A stretch of DNA of 64,000 nucleotides, from positions 1,376 through 65,375 of the IMG/VR virus record IMGVR_UViG_3300042379_000183. The stretch is one strand, 5' to 3'. The notes under the pieces were generated by a model. That model was not told the DNA's origin. It searched no databases and worked only from the letters and a program-made list of their open reading frames with translations. This document shows, piece after piece, positions 38,501 through 48,200 of this stretch; position 1 is the first letter of the stretch; the number at the start of each line of letters is the position of its first letter. Made by a program: the position numbers and the translations under genes. Source of the stretch: a virus (lineage: Duplodnaviria > Caudoviricetes).

Positions 38501-40179
38501 ACTGGATCTAAGTAACTATCTTGTAATAGCTTCTTTAAAAAATCAGAATTCTTTCTAATTTGTGTTTCAATTGAATCAGAAACGTTCATGATATCGAACT
38601 TGATTTGACTCTGAACAACAGCTTTAAAATTAGTCCAAATCTCTTTATTATCTCGGTATCTACCAAAAATAATTCTTAAATTATCAGCAACAACAGCTTG
38701 CTCATTAACACTCATTTTATCTGCTAACGTATTAATAACAGAGTTAATAAATGTTTTGTCATCTTCTAATAACTTATCACTAGTTTCAATAAGTCTTAAA
38801 TTATTAGTTAACACACTAGGATTAGGTTGATAAAGTCTTACATCTTCATATCTAGAAGTAATTGGATTAAACTTAAGCTGATCCTCTCTAGGTGGATTTG
38901 CTAATACTCTATTCTTTACACCTCTCTTTACATTTAGTAAGGTGCCTCTATAATTTGTTAAAGAAAGTGTACCATCTAACTCACCAGATTGCAGAAGATA
39001 ATAATCAATTAATGTTTGTTTTAATTTAGAATTAGAAATAAAATCATCAGGAGTAGATGCACCTAGTTGCATAGCATCTAACTTCTCTTTTGCTTTTGCA
39101 AATTTACGTGTATCGTTTGGTAATGTATAACTACTATCAGACAATGTACGTAATTCTTTAATACCAATTGAATTACCTTCTGGATTTGTAAATCTATCTA
39201 AAGTTAGTTGACCTGAGTTAAATAATTCAACTTTCTGATAATCACCAAGATGTCTAATTTTTACATCTTGTGGTTGTCGTAATAGCCAAGTGTTATACGA
39301 CTCTCTCATTGGCGTTAGGCCATCATAAAACTGAATTTCAGCGTCAGATAATCCTTTTAAGTTTCTACGTCTAACTTGTGATACACCTTCTAATTTACCA
39401 ATATCTTCCCATGATTTAAAAACAGGAACTGTAGTAGATCTACAATGAAAGTGTGCAGGAGGTAAATGTACTGTGTCAGTTGTTGGATAAATCGTTCCAT
39501 CTCTATGTGCGCATAAGGAAGTTGTTCTTGAATCTAGGACTGCAACATATTGCCAACCGGTTAAGGCTTTCTCATTTGCTTTATAGATTGCTTGATCTGT
39601 TTGAGCCGTTACCGATGTAATTGCAGTAATGACAAGTGCTTTAGACTGAGTTCTACTGATATTATAAATATTAGTTTTTCTTACCTCTAAAGCAATTTCA
39701 TCAACTGTCATTCCAGTAGCAATACCACGTCTGATTGTGGCATCAATACGTTTCTTTTCATTAATACTTACGCTAGCCCAACCAGCAGCTAATGTTTTGT
39801 TTTCAAATAAAGGCTGATTAAGAACTACATCTTCAGCAATACGTACTGGAGGTCTTTCTGCCTTCCAGATCTTTCCCATTGATGTTTCAATAGTTTGATA
39901 GGTAAAAGAAAGTTGATCAGAAACTAAATCTAATAAAGATCTCTTTGATGTGTTAAAGGTTTCTTTAAATGTAGCTTGTAGCTCTTGATCAACTGCTTCT
40001 CTAAGTGTCTCAAAGCCCTTTTGAGATGCCGTAGCATTTTTAATAAGTTTATCTAATCGGACTTCATGGCCATCCAATACTAACGATATCTTACTATTTA
40101 CACGACGCTCATAAAGCCGAATCATTGCGGCACGATCAAGAGTCCTATCGTAAATTTTGGTATTAGCATTGGATAGCAT
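35551..40179 (-). CDS. MuF (SPP1 gp7-like) head morphogenesis domain fused to a T7-like single-subunit RNA polymerase
   Basis: N-terminal WQYVAVLDSRTTSLC…PPAHFHCRS; C-terminal IDHRARIY, motif A EQDASSSGAQ, motif B RKAAKAQNMVTFYGAG, NHSNDA, motif C TIHDAF; start placed at ATG 40179. Confidence 0.9.
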   Translation of the reverse strand: MLSNANTKIYDRTLDRAAMIRLYERRVNSKISLVLDGHEVRLDKLIKNATASQKGFETLREAVDQELQATFKETFNTSKRSLLDLVSDQLSFTYQTIETSMGKIWKAERPPVRIAEDVVLNQPLFENKTLAAGWASVSINEKKRIDATIRRGIATGMTVDEIALEVRKTNIYNISRTQSKALVITAITSVTAQTDQAIYKANEKALTGWQYVAVLDSRTTSLCAHRDGTIYPTTDTVHLPPAHFHCRSTTVPVFKSWEDIGKLEGVSQVRRRNLKGLSDAEIQFYDGLTPMRESYNTWLLRQPQDVKIRHLGDYQKVELFNSGQLTLDRFTNPEGNSIGIKELRTLSDSSYTLPNDTRKFAKAKEKLDAMQLGASTPDDFISNSKLKQTLIDYYLLQSGELDGTLSLTNYRGTLLNVKRGVKNRVLANPPREDQLKFNPITSRYEDVRLYQPNPSVLTNNLRLIETSDKLLEDDKTFINSVINTLADKMSVNEQAVVADNLRIIFGRYRDNKEIWTNFKAVVQSQIKFDIMNVSDSIETQIRKNSDFLKKLLQDSYLDPVLGPTQLQDLHDNFIPNILAKNKWEDTVAPKIALELRNVFDRKIPLLISSRISDRDLQQFYLRFAHRLSLADTPDRDQFAVALGRDLYNLANVNGYRRTWYELGSKLLEAKNVSKFFEVETFGVQKRRMKSRLSNSYFGPYYDTLSYNIRVTDPRIQEYSKLTRKVEVGLRVSVTEDKNKLVFREGYKTYFIDQGIFGYEDTRIPITSTSSFSDFPEEFVDKNLIDALNWASKTKYRIDKDYFDFTQKLLYFEDDRGQAKKYNDLNEYRKYIANRGDAYERFKAMEWLRKDDTAFSNHPFIDHRARIYDRGLISPQSGETFRPFLNTAEIKKFSVDDFGNLQDQVGAFLGGLSDHFEGKFNSLTVTGRQKIAVKWRPELVKLGNNMLRKKPADLRAILDSEIFSKVDGEELNKFLRFALEIAKIDNYLEGSYTAKNLLKLKDYEIALALEQDASSSGAQIIALTTKNKQLAELSNVVPTSQKKRLYDEIASSTFNDIRFRKLNEKLGLSEKDLRKAAKAQNMVTFYGAGERTGALNVEGKLSKILGKDENVLVVKASDREIVLNEISARIARFEKFDMDTANELRVLRENVKDIFNKGLDPGDDIMEQLYFLDPATRDLVEKMTRSYDKIVTPEDFKNIAKIMSEYLSEQVPILKDFTKYFGRLAEDFIINAKPSDSDFDWKTIAKISLLGQKKKGYVLPDSVSRLLGLKANEAVSEKILKRFGFWEPNGTLSDIIYGVKAAETRRTGGKYLKVDLLEVKNLNELEIFYANKLPKSWTNIPWVNFDGKTIEQNFTQTFEERLTYRDKDGNWTTNILQIPQKTEATWWQQVINKSGKINDIADSGKARTAFAVNGNHSNDAVIVKQFHLWGKKNKVPTSTIHDAFFANATDMLPARQALREIYAEMLNNNVILMTLNEMKARGLPPALYDKYLNEAIDIGLIPVPGRSRVGGKLLKESDILKKEDILKKVPPGFVTDFSWYGVG

Positions 40180-40180
40180 G

Positions 40181-40330
40181 TTACGCCTTTGATTGTTTAA
40201 CTTTCTTCTTTGCTTCTTTAGCAACACTTAATGCAATAGCCACAGCTTGCTTTTGTGGTTTTCCCGATTTCATTTCTTTGCCAATATTAGAAGAAACTGT
40301 TTTTGGCGAGTATCCCTTTTTTAATGGCAT
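40181..40330 (-). CDS. Small basic protein, 49 aa (not in ORF track)
   Basis: MPLKKGYSPKTVSSNIGKEMKSGKPQKQAVAIALSVAKEAKKKVKQSKA*; AGGA RBS; resembles a common small phage head-region protein. Confidence 0.75.
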   Translation of the reverse strand: MPLKKGYSPKTVSSNIGKEMKSGKPQKQAVAIALSVAKEAKKKVKQSKA

Positions 40331-40342
40331 TTAATTTCCTTA

Positions 40343-41917
40343 TTAAACTTGCTGATCTTGTAGTTGTTTAGCATATTGATCTGAACCGTTTGCTGTCATT
40401 GCAGCTGCAGCATCTTCGGTTATTTCAACTTTACCACTCTCATCATCATAGTCAGGAGGTAAGATATCATTTTGCTTAAGAATCATTAACCAAACAGATC
40501 TAGGGATTAATCCTTGTTGATACCATTCAGTTGTAAGTCTTAACCAATCCGCACCTAATGGCGTAGGATTGAAGTCAGCAGAAAGACTAAATTTAACATC
40601 ATAGACTTTTAATTCTGTATTATATCTCCAGTTAATCATAAATGCAATAACTTGAGCTAAGATAGCACTAACTTTAGTATTAAGAGTACCTAACTGAGCT
40701 GTTTGTGCAGCATTCCTAATTTCTAAAGCAACACCAGACTGAGCAGTTTCAGGTGTTAGCATCCTGATACCTAACTTAGCCATCTCTTCAATAGTTGCTG
40801 CAATGGCTCTATCCATATCCTGAAGAGCTGCTGTAGGTGTTTCTAATACTTTAGCATCATCACCTTGACGTAACCTAATCCAAGTACCTAAACCAGAATC
40901 AACAATATTCTGAAAGTCATCATCTGACATATCAGAGATAATAACAGGTGTATAGGTAGATGCACCATATAATAAATGGTTCCTTCTACTTAGCTTATTG
41001 TAAAGGCTTAATTCCTTATCAATAATCGGTGATAGCATTGGTTCTACTGCATCAATACTACCATTCAAAGGCCAAGCAGGAATCATGGTAAGACGTTCAC
41101 CATTTGCAAGAATATTAGTTAAAGTTTCAACTAATTCAAAATGTGCTTTATTTTGACTAGGTTGTTTAATCTGTTGTCCTGCAATAATAGGAACATTTGT
41201 TACGCTATCAAGTCTTTGAAAGATTCTAATTTGATATTGATTTGATTCATCTAGTTCATGAACCCAAACAGTATCTTTAAATGTAGGATGAAACTCATTC
41301 TGATTATATTCTTCTTTATAACCACGAACAATAACTCTATCTAAGATTGTTTTACCATACTCATTATCTCTTACTCTCCAATTTACAATAGTTTCTGCCT
41401 TATGTAAAATAGGGTAAGGCTTAAAAAGTAACTTTTCCGAAGTAGTCAGTGTCTCTGGATTAGCTACAGAAGGATAATCCACAAACACCCAAGCACGACT
41501 TGTTTGTACTTCTTCCCAAAGAGCAGCATCTAAAAAAGATGACATGGAACTATCATCTCTTCCAAATTCATTCATGATCCAATCATAAGCTTCTTGGGGA
41601 GCTGAATCTGGTAATTCAAGGATAGGCTTTTTACGTAATAGACCACCAACAATCATTTTAGAAAACTGTGCAGTAATACCCGGTAACTCTGCTTCTGCTT
41701 TATAAAAATTATATTGCTGTTGAGACATACTGGGCGAGAAAGGAATCAATAGATTGCTAAAACTAATTGTATCAACAATACCATCAAAGTCCTTTACAAA
41801 ACGCTCCCCACTACACACAGCCCTACTTTTGTTCCAAAGGGGTTTCAATGATTCATACGACGCATTTGGGTCTGCAACTGTCTTAACTGCAGCTTGGGCA
41901 GCGTTTACTACGGCCAT
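40343..41917 (-). CDS. Portal protein (DUF4055-like)
   Basis: 524 aa; VGGLLRKKP, GRAWVFVDYP-like motif, IVNWR; upstream of MuF/scaffold/capsid. Confidence 0.85.
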   Translation of the reverse strand: MAVVNAAQAAVKTVADPNASYESLKPLWNKSRAVCSGERFVKDFDGIVDTISFSNLLIPFSPSMSQQQYNFYKAEAELPGITAQFSKMIVGGLLRKKPILELPDSAPQEAYDWIMNEFGRDDSSMSSFLDAALWEEVQTSRAWVFVDYPSVANPETLTTSEKLLFKPYPILHKAETIVNWRVRDNEYGKTILDRVIVRGYKEEYNQNEFHPTFKDTVWVHELDESNQYQIRIFQRLDSVTNVPIIAGQQIKQPSQNKAHFELVETLTNILANGERLTMIPAWPLNGSIDAVEPMLSPIIDKELSLYNKLSRRNHLLYGASTYTPVIISDMSDDDFQNIVDSGLGTWIRLRQGDDAKVLETPTAALQDMDRAIAATIEEMAKLGIRMLTPETAQSGVALEIRNAAQTAQLGTLNTKVSAILAQVIAFMINWRYNTELKVYDVKFSLSADFNPTPLGADWLRLTTEWYQQGLIPRSVWLMILKQNDILPPDYDDESGKVEITEDAAAAMTANGSDQYAKQLQDQQV

Positions 41918-41919
41918 AA

Positions 41920-42198
41920 TTAACCTCTCAATTTAATATTAAATTCTTCAATAGTTCCAACAAAAACTTCAGATGAATCATTATTCTTTGCAGTAATAAT
42001 ATCATTCTCTTCTGAAATGAACCAACTTGATGGATTTCTATTCACAAAAGCAGTACTTACAGTTACGGTTTGGATTGGAGCTACTGAAACCATTGAAACA
42101 GGTGTCAATACAACTTCTGGTACTATCATATCAGGTGCCATCATTTTATCGGGTACCATTACCTTATCAGTTACTGTTAATTTCATTTTTGGTTCCAT
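41920..42198 (-). CDS. Hypothetical protein
   Basis: 92-aa ORF coupled to its neighbours. Confidence 0.55.
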   Translation of the reverse strand: MEPKMKLTVTDKVMVPDKMMAPDMIVPEVVLTPVSMVSVAPIQTVTVSTAFVNRNPSSWFISEENDIITAKNNDSSEVFVGTIEEFNIKLRG

Positions 42199-42455
42199 TA
42201 TCTATCAGCTTTGTTACTGAGTTTATCGTCGATGCGATCTAATTTCTTAAATATTGCATCTGCTATTTTATCAAACTCTTCTCGTTTGACGTAGTTACCT
42301 GCAACTAAAACTTCAATAGATGATAGTTTTTCAGCAAGCTGTCGATCAGCAGTTTGGAGATCCTTTAAAGTTTCCCACATTACTTTCATCCACCAGCCTC
42401 CAAGAACACCTAAAATTGATAAAACAAAATCAAAAAGCCGTGGTACCGAATCCAT
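42198..42455 (-). CDS. TM plus coiled-coil protein (holin/XhlA-like architecture)
   Basis: N-terminal TM, YVKREEF…IFKKLDRIDDKL. Confidence 0.55.
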   Translation of the reverse strand: MDSVPRLFDFVLSILGVLGGWWMKVMWETLKDLQTADRQLAEKLSSIEVLVAGNYVKREEFDKIADAIFKKLDRIDDKLSNKADR

Positions 42456-42498
42456 TGGATCCTCCGTTTTTTCTAATTTTAATATTCATAATGATTAT

Positions 42499-42816
42499 TT
42501 AATAATATTCAATTAATTGCCAGTTAGCTGAAGAACTCATCCAATAGCTGGAATTCCTATAAAATGGCCCATATAAAGTAAGAACAGTAGCCGCTATTGA
42601 ACTAAGTTGGGCTTGAATAATCATTGGATTAAGCATGCTATTGGGAGTAATATCAAAGTACCCACCGCTAACTATAACCATACATTTAAGCGGATTAACC
42701 GTACTAATTGATATAGCTGTACTAGAACCACCGTTTGACGTTGAATATGAACCGGATTGTATTGACTTTACCCCACCTGTTGTAAATTGAGTTAAATTAC
42801 TCATAATGTGATCCAC
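42499..42816 (-). CDS. Virion fibre-associated protein, paralog of 51851..52150
   Basis: VKSIQSG…ISISTVNP.K…WQLIEY. Confidence 0.65.
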   Translation of the reverse strand: MDHIMSNLTQFTTGGVKSIQSGSYSTSNGGSSTAISISTVNPLKCMVIVSGGYFDITPNSMLNPMIIQAQLSSIAATVLTLYGPFYRNSSYWMSSSANWQLIEYY

Positions 42817-43367
42817 CCTAGAGTTGTATTAATATATCTAAGCTGTAATGTAATATAAGCTGTGGTATTTATTGTAAGATTTTCTAATAATCCCATTATT
42901 TTATTTCCATTATACGCAATTACATTAGTAGATAGTGCATTACCTGAGGTAATATAAATCAAATTTCCAGCAATAGGACTGGCTGGTAATGTTATTGTAG
43001 ATGCGGAAGCATTAGTTAATACATAATGATTTCCCGCAGTAGCTGTTTGAGTGGTGGCAGTAACAATAATTAGAGTTGGTGCACCTGTTGCAGCAGTTAC
43101 TTGAATTGTAGCGTCTGGAAATTTAAAGCCACTAGTAGTAGATTCTATTTGTCCCACAACAGTAAGTTTACTAGTCGGAGAAGCAGTTCCAATACCCATA
43201 CCACCTGTGGTAGTAATACTTGTAGCGGAAACTGTCCCAGTAGTAATTGCTGTGGCATTTAAATTAAGATAACTGCCTGATTGATCTAGTGCATTAGGTA
43301 CCGCTGTTAATAATTTAGCTTTGGTGGTCATGTTGGTGTAACAGGAATGAGATTCATAATTACCCAA
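42801..43367 (-). CDS. Fibre protein, paralog of the C-terminus of 53478..55814
   Basis: GIGTASP, GQIESTTSGFKFPD, TITLPASP.AG domain. Confidence 0.65.
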   Translation of the reverse strand: MGNYESHSCYTNMTTKAKLLTAVPNALDQSGSYLNLNATAITTGTVSATSITTTGGMGIGTASPTSKLTVVGQIESTTSGFKFPDATIQVTAATGAPTLIIVTATTQTATAGNHYVLTNASASTITLPASPIAGNLIYITSGNALSTNVIAYNGNKIMGLLENLTINTTAYITLQLRYINTTLGWITL

Positions 43368-43687
43368 GTCCCTGTGGTTTCATTCCAAGTATAAATGTTA
43401 CTGTCAGTTGGTCGAGGTAGCGGAGCTTCCCACAGACATGTATCTTCATTAAGTAACCAGCTTGGATATGGTTTCGGAGGAATAAAAGCATCCCTGACTA
43501 AATCGTACGTATAGCCTACACCCGCGTAATTCTTACGTAAAGGTGTACCTTCTGGATGTGCGCCGCCATATGTATTATAACTAGTTTGAACCCAGCTTGT
43601 GCCAAATAGACCCGAGTCGATGACGTCTTGATCCGCTACAATTACGTTAGTAACGATGCCGTCAACTACTTGTGCAAAATGAGACAT
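43328..43687 (-). CDS. Conserved phage protein of glycine-rich fibre loci
   Basis: MSHFAQ…WVQTSYN…RKNYAGVGYTYD…DAFIPPKPYPSW. Confidence 0.7.
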   Translation of the reverse strand: MSHFAQVVDGIVTNVIVADQDVIDSGLFGTSWVQTSYNTYGGAHPEGTPLRKNYAGVGYTYDLVRDAFIPPKPYPSWLLNEDTCLWEAPLPRPTDSNIYTWNETTGTWVIMNLIPVTPT

Positions 43688-43698
43688 ATTTTCTCTCC

Positions 43699-44571
43699 TT
43701 AAAATGTAATTGAACCTGAAGCAGTGAACTTATACGTTCTATAACCGCTAGCAGTAGTTATTGTGGGAGATCCAGTAGTAGTAGCAGGAGCGTATTTATC
43801 TATATATCTAATAATTATTACTCCTGATCCACCTGTAGTAGTTCCTGTAGGCCCACCACCTCCACCGCTACCTGTATTTATTGTACCTGCGACTGCATCA
43901 CCAGCACTTTGATAACCCCCAGCACTCTGTCCTCCGGCACCTCCTCCACCAGTTCCTCCTGCAGCACCGTATGCAAAAATAAAATCATTACTGCAACCTC
44001 CACCACCTCCGCCAGCATAATAGGTACCTGAACCAACGGGCCATTCTTTTCCTGCACCACCAGCGCCACAATAATTATACGAGTTTGCGGCAGGATTGTA
44101 ACCACGCGCAGTACCTGCCCCAACACCTCCAGCACCTCCACCTCCTCCCGTTACACTTGAGTATTGTTCTCCATTTAGTCCTCCTGCATAACCTTGGCCT
44201 GGAATTGCTGTACCTCCCCGATACCAACCACCGCCACCACTACCGCCAGAAAAAGCGTATCCATTACTACCGTTGCCTCCACCATATGCTGTTAAAGTAG
44301 AGAATACGCTATTTACACCTTGACTGCCACCAGTAGTACCGCCAGCCCCAATGGTAATAGCATAATTAGTCCCGGTAGATATTATTAAAGTTCCGTTTAA
44401 TAAACCTCCGGCACCGCCTCCGCCACCAAAACCAGAGTAACCTGCACCACCTCCTGCTATTACTAGGTATTCAACACTCATAGGTATTTGTAATAAATCA
44501 GAAATACTTACCAAACCTATTTTACTACTGGGGGCACTGCTATTTACTAATTTAGCATTAAACTTAGACAT
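43699..44571 (-). CDS. Glycine-rich domain virion protein
   Basis: VEYLVIAGGG…GGSGVIIIRY…YKFTASGSITF. Confidence 0.75.
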   Translation of the reverse strand: MSKFNAKLVNSSAPSSKIGLVSISDLLQIPMSVEYLVIAGGGAGYSGFGGGGGAGGLLNGTLIISTGTNYAITIGAGGTTGGSQGVNSVFSTLTAYGGGNGSNGYAFSGGSGGGGWYRGGTAIPGQGYAGGLNGEQYSSVTGGGGGAGGVGAGTARGYNPAANSYNYCGAGGAGKEWPVGSGTYYAGGGGGGCSNDFIFAYGAAGGTGGGGAGGQSAGGYQSAGDAVAGTINTGSGGGGGPTGTTTGGSGVIIIRYIDKYAPATTTGSPTITTASGYRTYKFTASGSITF

Positions 44572-44573
44572 GG

Positions 44574-44957
44574 TTAGCTAATCGTTTCGTAACTTGTAAT
44601 GTATTCAATAGCAGCACTAGTTCCACTAGTCACAACTAAGCTTTTATCTTCGGTAAGATATACAAAATTACCTTTATCAATTAATTGTAGTGAACTTGCA
44701 GCAGGAATAGAAATAAGATACGCTAATCTATAGGCAGTACCAGCACCTGCAGCACTGCTAGTAACTGATACGGTTACTGTTGCAGCACTTGCAGATACAT
44801 TAGTACAAGTAAGAGAGTTAATTTTAATTACTGAGGCAGATGATGCTGCATTTGATACCACTACGTTAGCAGTTGTATTTGCAGGCGCTACATATGATAG
44901 TCCTGCTGTAATATTTGTGACATTTACAATATTAGGTGCTGCCATGTTAGCCTCCAA
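44574..44957 (-). CDS. Hypothetical virion protein
   Basis: MAAPNIVNV…YETIS, beta-rich. Confidence 0.65.
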   Translation of the reverse strand: MEANMAAPNIVNVTNITAGLSYVAPANTTANVVVSNAASSASVIKINSLTCTNVSASAATVTVSVTSSAAGAGTAYRLAYLISIPAASSLQLIDKGNFVYLTEDKSLVVTSGTSAAIEYITSYETIS

Positions 44958-45219
44958 ATATCATTGCCATTGCAATGACTTTACCTGTTGAAATCCCTGG
45001 TGCAGGAGTCGCAGGAGTCGTGCTAATCCAGGTTGTACCATTGCTAGTAAGAAGATTACCAGAAGTACCGGCGGAAGTTAATCCAGTACCACCGTACAGC
45101 ACTGAAAGTGTGCTAGTGGTACTAGGTAACTTCCATGCTGTACCATTCCATGTCCAAATTTTACTGCCTAAAGTATAAGTTTGCCCAACTGTAGGGCTTG
45201 AAGGTAATGATATTGCCAT
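44947..45219 (-). CDS. Short fibre-like protein
   Basis: LPSSPTVGQTY…W.WNGTAW, GGTG, ends IAMAMIFGG. Confidence 0.65.
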   Translation of the reverse strand: MAISLPSSPTVGQTYTLGSKIWTWNGTAWKLPSTTSTLSVLYGGTGLTSAGTSGNLLTSNGTTWISTTPATPAPGISTGKVIAMAMIFGG

Positions 45220-45226
45220 ACTATCC

Positions 45227-48200
45227 TTAGAAAGTTATTGAACCTGAAGCAGTAAATTTATAAACACGATAGCCATTAACTACTGTATAAGTTGGAGAAC
45301 CTGTAGTGGCTGAAGCTGGTAGATAGGTGTCAAGGTAACGTATGATTACTACTCCTGAACCTCCAGCACCAATGCCATAGTAACCACCGCCACCACCACC
45401 ACCAGTATTAGCGGTACCTGATACTGCAGATATGTTGCTATAGTAACAACCACCTGCACCGCCACCACCGCCACCACCCGCTGCTATGCCGTATCCAGCT
45501 GTTGGTGTATGCCCACCACCACCACCACCATAGTACGTTGGTATACCACTAATACTATAAGCAGTACCAATACCACCACCACCACCAGTATACCCAGAAT
45601 GATTTGTACCTACAGCACTAGCACCTCCTCCACCCCCTGAGCCATAATAATTAGAATTATCATAACCACCAGAAGTTCCACCGGCGTTGCCTTGCCCAAT
45701 GATTCCATAGCCGCCAACTTGAGTTGACACAATACTATGACCACCGCCTCCGCCGCCGGAACCCCCAAATCTACCAGCAAATCCTTGATAATGTCCAGCC
45801 CCGCCTCCGCCAACCGAAGTCATGGTGCCAAACCTAGAGTAACTACCGTCGCCTCCACTTGAGTATGATGTAGTGCCTGCAATGCCTCCGGCACCGACTG
45901 TGATTACGTATGAAGATCCAGATGTTACAGTATATAATGGATTATGGATTAAACCGCCCGCTCCACCACCACCACCCCAACCGCCGCCGCCTGCTCCACC
46001 TGCAACTACTAATGTTTCTATTGCGAGTGGCATAGCGCTAGCTGCTACTGGAGCAACTAGCTGTGGTACAAAAGGAAGCGCTGTTACAGGAGGCGTGAAC
46101 GCCGCTGTGTATCGTGCTACACCCTTTGTAATGCGTAGGTCATCGATGTAGCCATTCCAATGGCCACCCGCTGCCACTGCACCTCCAACAGTTATAGCAG
46201 ATGTGGGACTGTTCAATGTTTGGGTAATTGATACAGTTGTTCCTAAAACGCCGTTTTTGAATGGATACAAAGTGTTACCACTTCTGCAAATAGCGTAATG
46301 AATCCATGACCCTGTTGTGATTGTCCCAAGTGTTGCAGGGCCGTATAGTGTTACCCCAGAAACCCAGTAAAAGTTCATACTTGAACCAACTGACTCCAAG
46401 ACATAGGAATTACTCGCACTACCATCGCTAGCAGGCCATTGTGCAAATACTCCGTTATACGAATTAAGTGCATTAGCGTAAACCCAGCCTTCAATCGTAA
46501 AATCTCCACTTCCAAAAGCAAGTGCAGGCGTAGCAGGTGTAGACAAATAATCACCAGTACCATCAAACTTCAAACTACCTGTACCATACTGTCTAACTGC
46601 AGTACTGATCTGAGAATCACCGACTGTTTCTAATATATTGTTACCAGTAGTATCAACAATTGCGGCATTAGCACCATTAAGTAATAAACCTGTAGGACTA
46701 GTGCCCCATTTTATTGTGCCGCTCGATGTAAAAGTGTACGTGGTATAACCACCTGAGGTCACAATTGTAGGGGATCCCGTTGTAGTAGCTATAGGGAAAA
46801 GGTCTAAATGCCTAAGAATAACAATACCTGAACCGCCATCTGGAGCATTGGGCGCAGTATTGTTCCCAGATCCGCCACCGCCGCCACCACCAGTATTTGC
46901 AACACCTACAGTAGCATTAGTAGAAGCACCGTCTCTCCCTCGCCCGCCACCACCTTTTGCACCAGTGTTAGAACCTGGAATATTAGTTGGCGTAATTGGA
47001 CCGTTTGTATAATATCCTCCGCCGCCACCACCTGCAAACCAACCAGCAGGAAATCCAGCATTGGTGAATTGCTGATAATAACGTCCAATGCCGCCATTGC
47101 TTGCTGTTGATGATCCGCCTCCAGTAGCAGTTCCACCAGCGCCACCGCCACCGGAACCCTCATGAGGAACCGCATGACTAGAATCTTCAGCTGTAGTTGG
47201 CCCTCCGGGACCTCTACTACCTCCGGGAAAGCCATATCCAGTTCCACCACCGCTATTTGTTTGAGTTGCTAAACCACCCCTAGATGCTCCAGGGTTTGCA
47301 ACTCCAAAATAGTAATCGCCAGCGCCGCCTCCACTACCACCATTCTTATATACGCTGTCAGTGTAGAATGCTTCGTTGCCTCCACCACCACCTTGCGCTA
47401 TTATATCTCCAAATACGCTATTGCCTCCTGCAAATCCGTGCGAGTTATTAGTTGTGCCATAACTTCCAGTTGTTGAAGCAGCATAATATCTCCCGCCCTG
47501 GCCACCAGCACCGATAATAATTGGTATGCCAGCACCAAAAGCAACGGTTTTATTGGGATGGTATACTAATCCGCCTGCACCACCGCCACCGCCTGCACCG
47601 TGTGATCCACCACCACCGCCACCGCCTGCTACGACTAGTGATTCTAGGCTAAAAGGTATAGCTGTAGGAGTAGGGCTAATTGAAAATTGAATAGTACCAC
47701 TAGTGTTAAATTTATAAATGCGGTATCCGTTAGAAGTAGTTACTACTGGGGATCCTGTGGTAATTGCAACCGGTTCTGTACTAAGATGACGTATGATTAC
47801 GACTCCATCCCCTCCTGTGCCTCCTGAACCGGTGCCGGCATAAACATAACAACCACCACCACCGCCACCGCCAGTATTAGCAATACCATTTGGTGCCACA
47901 GTATTAGTTACAGATTCACCACTGGCCCCACCGCCTAAACCTCCTACACCAGCTACCTGTCCGGCAATAGCCCCATACCCTGCACCACCCCCTCCGCCAG
48001 CATAATACGTGGATGTTCCAGTAATACTTGATGTTAGACCAACACCGCCAAAGCCCCCGCCTGCAGCAACACCGGGCGAACCTGCACCCCCTGCTCCACC
48101 GCCGCCGCCTGAGTTATAAGTATTGCGTCCTAGTGTAGAACCTCCTGCGTATCCCTGTCCATCTGTTCCTGCACCGCCATTATGTGTTTGTGCAACTTCT

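Noticed and set aside
40180-40227. 16-aa N-terminal extension of MuF-RNAP given in the ORF track
   Set aside because: It overlaps a better supported 49-aa ORF in another frame; the ATG at 40179 is the more plausible start.
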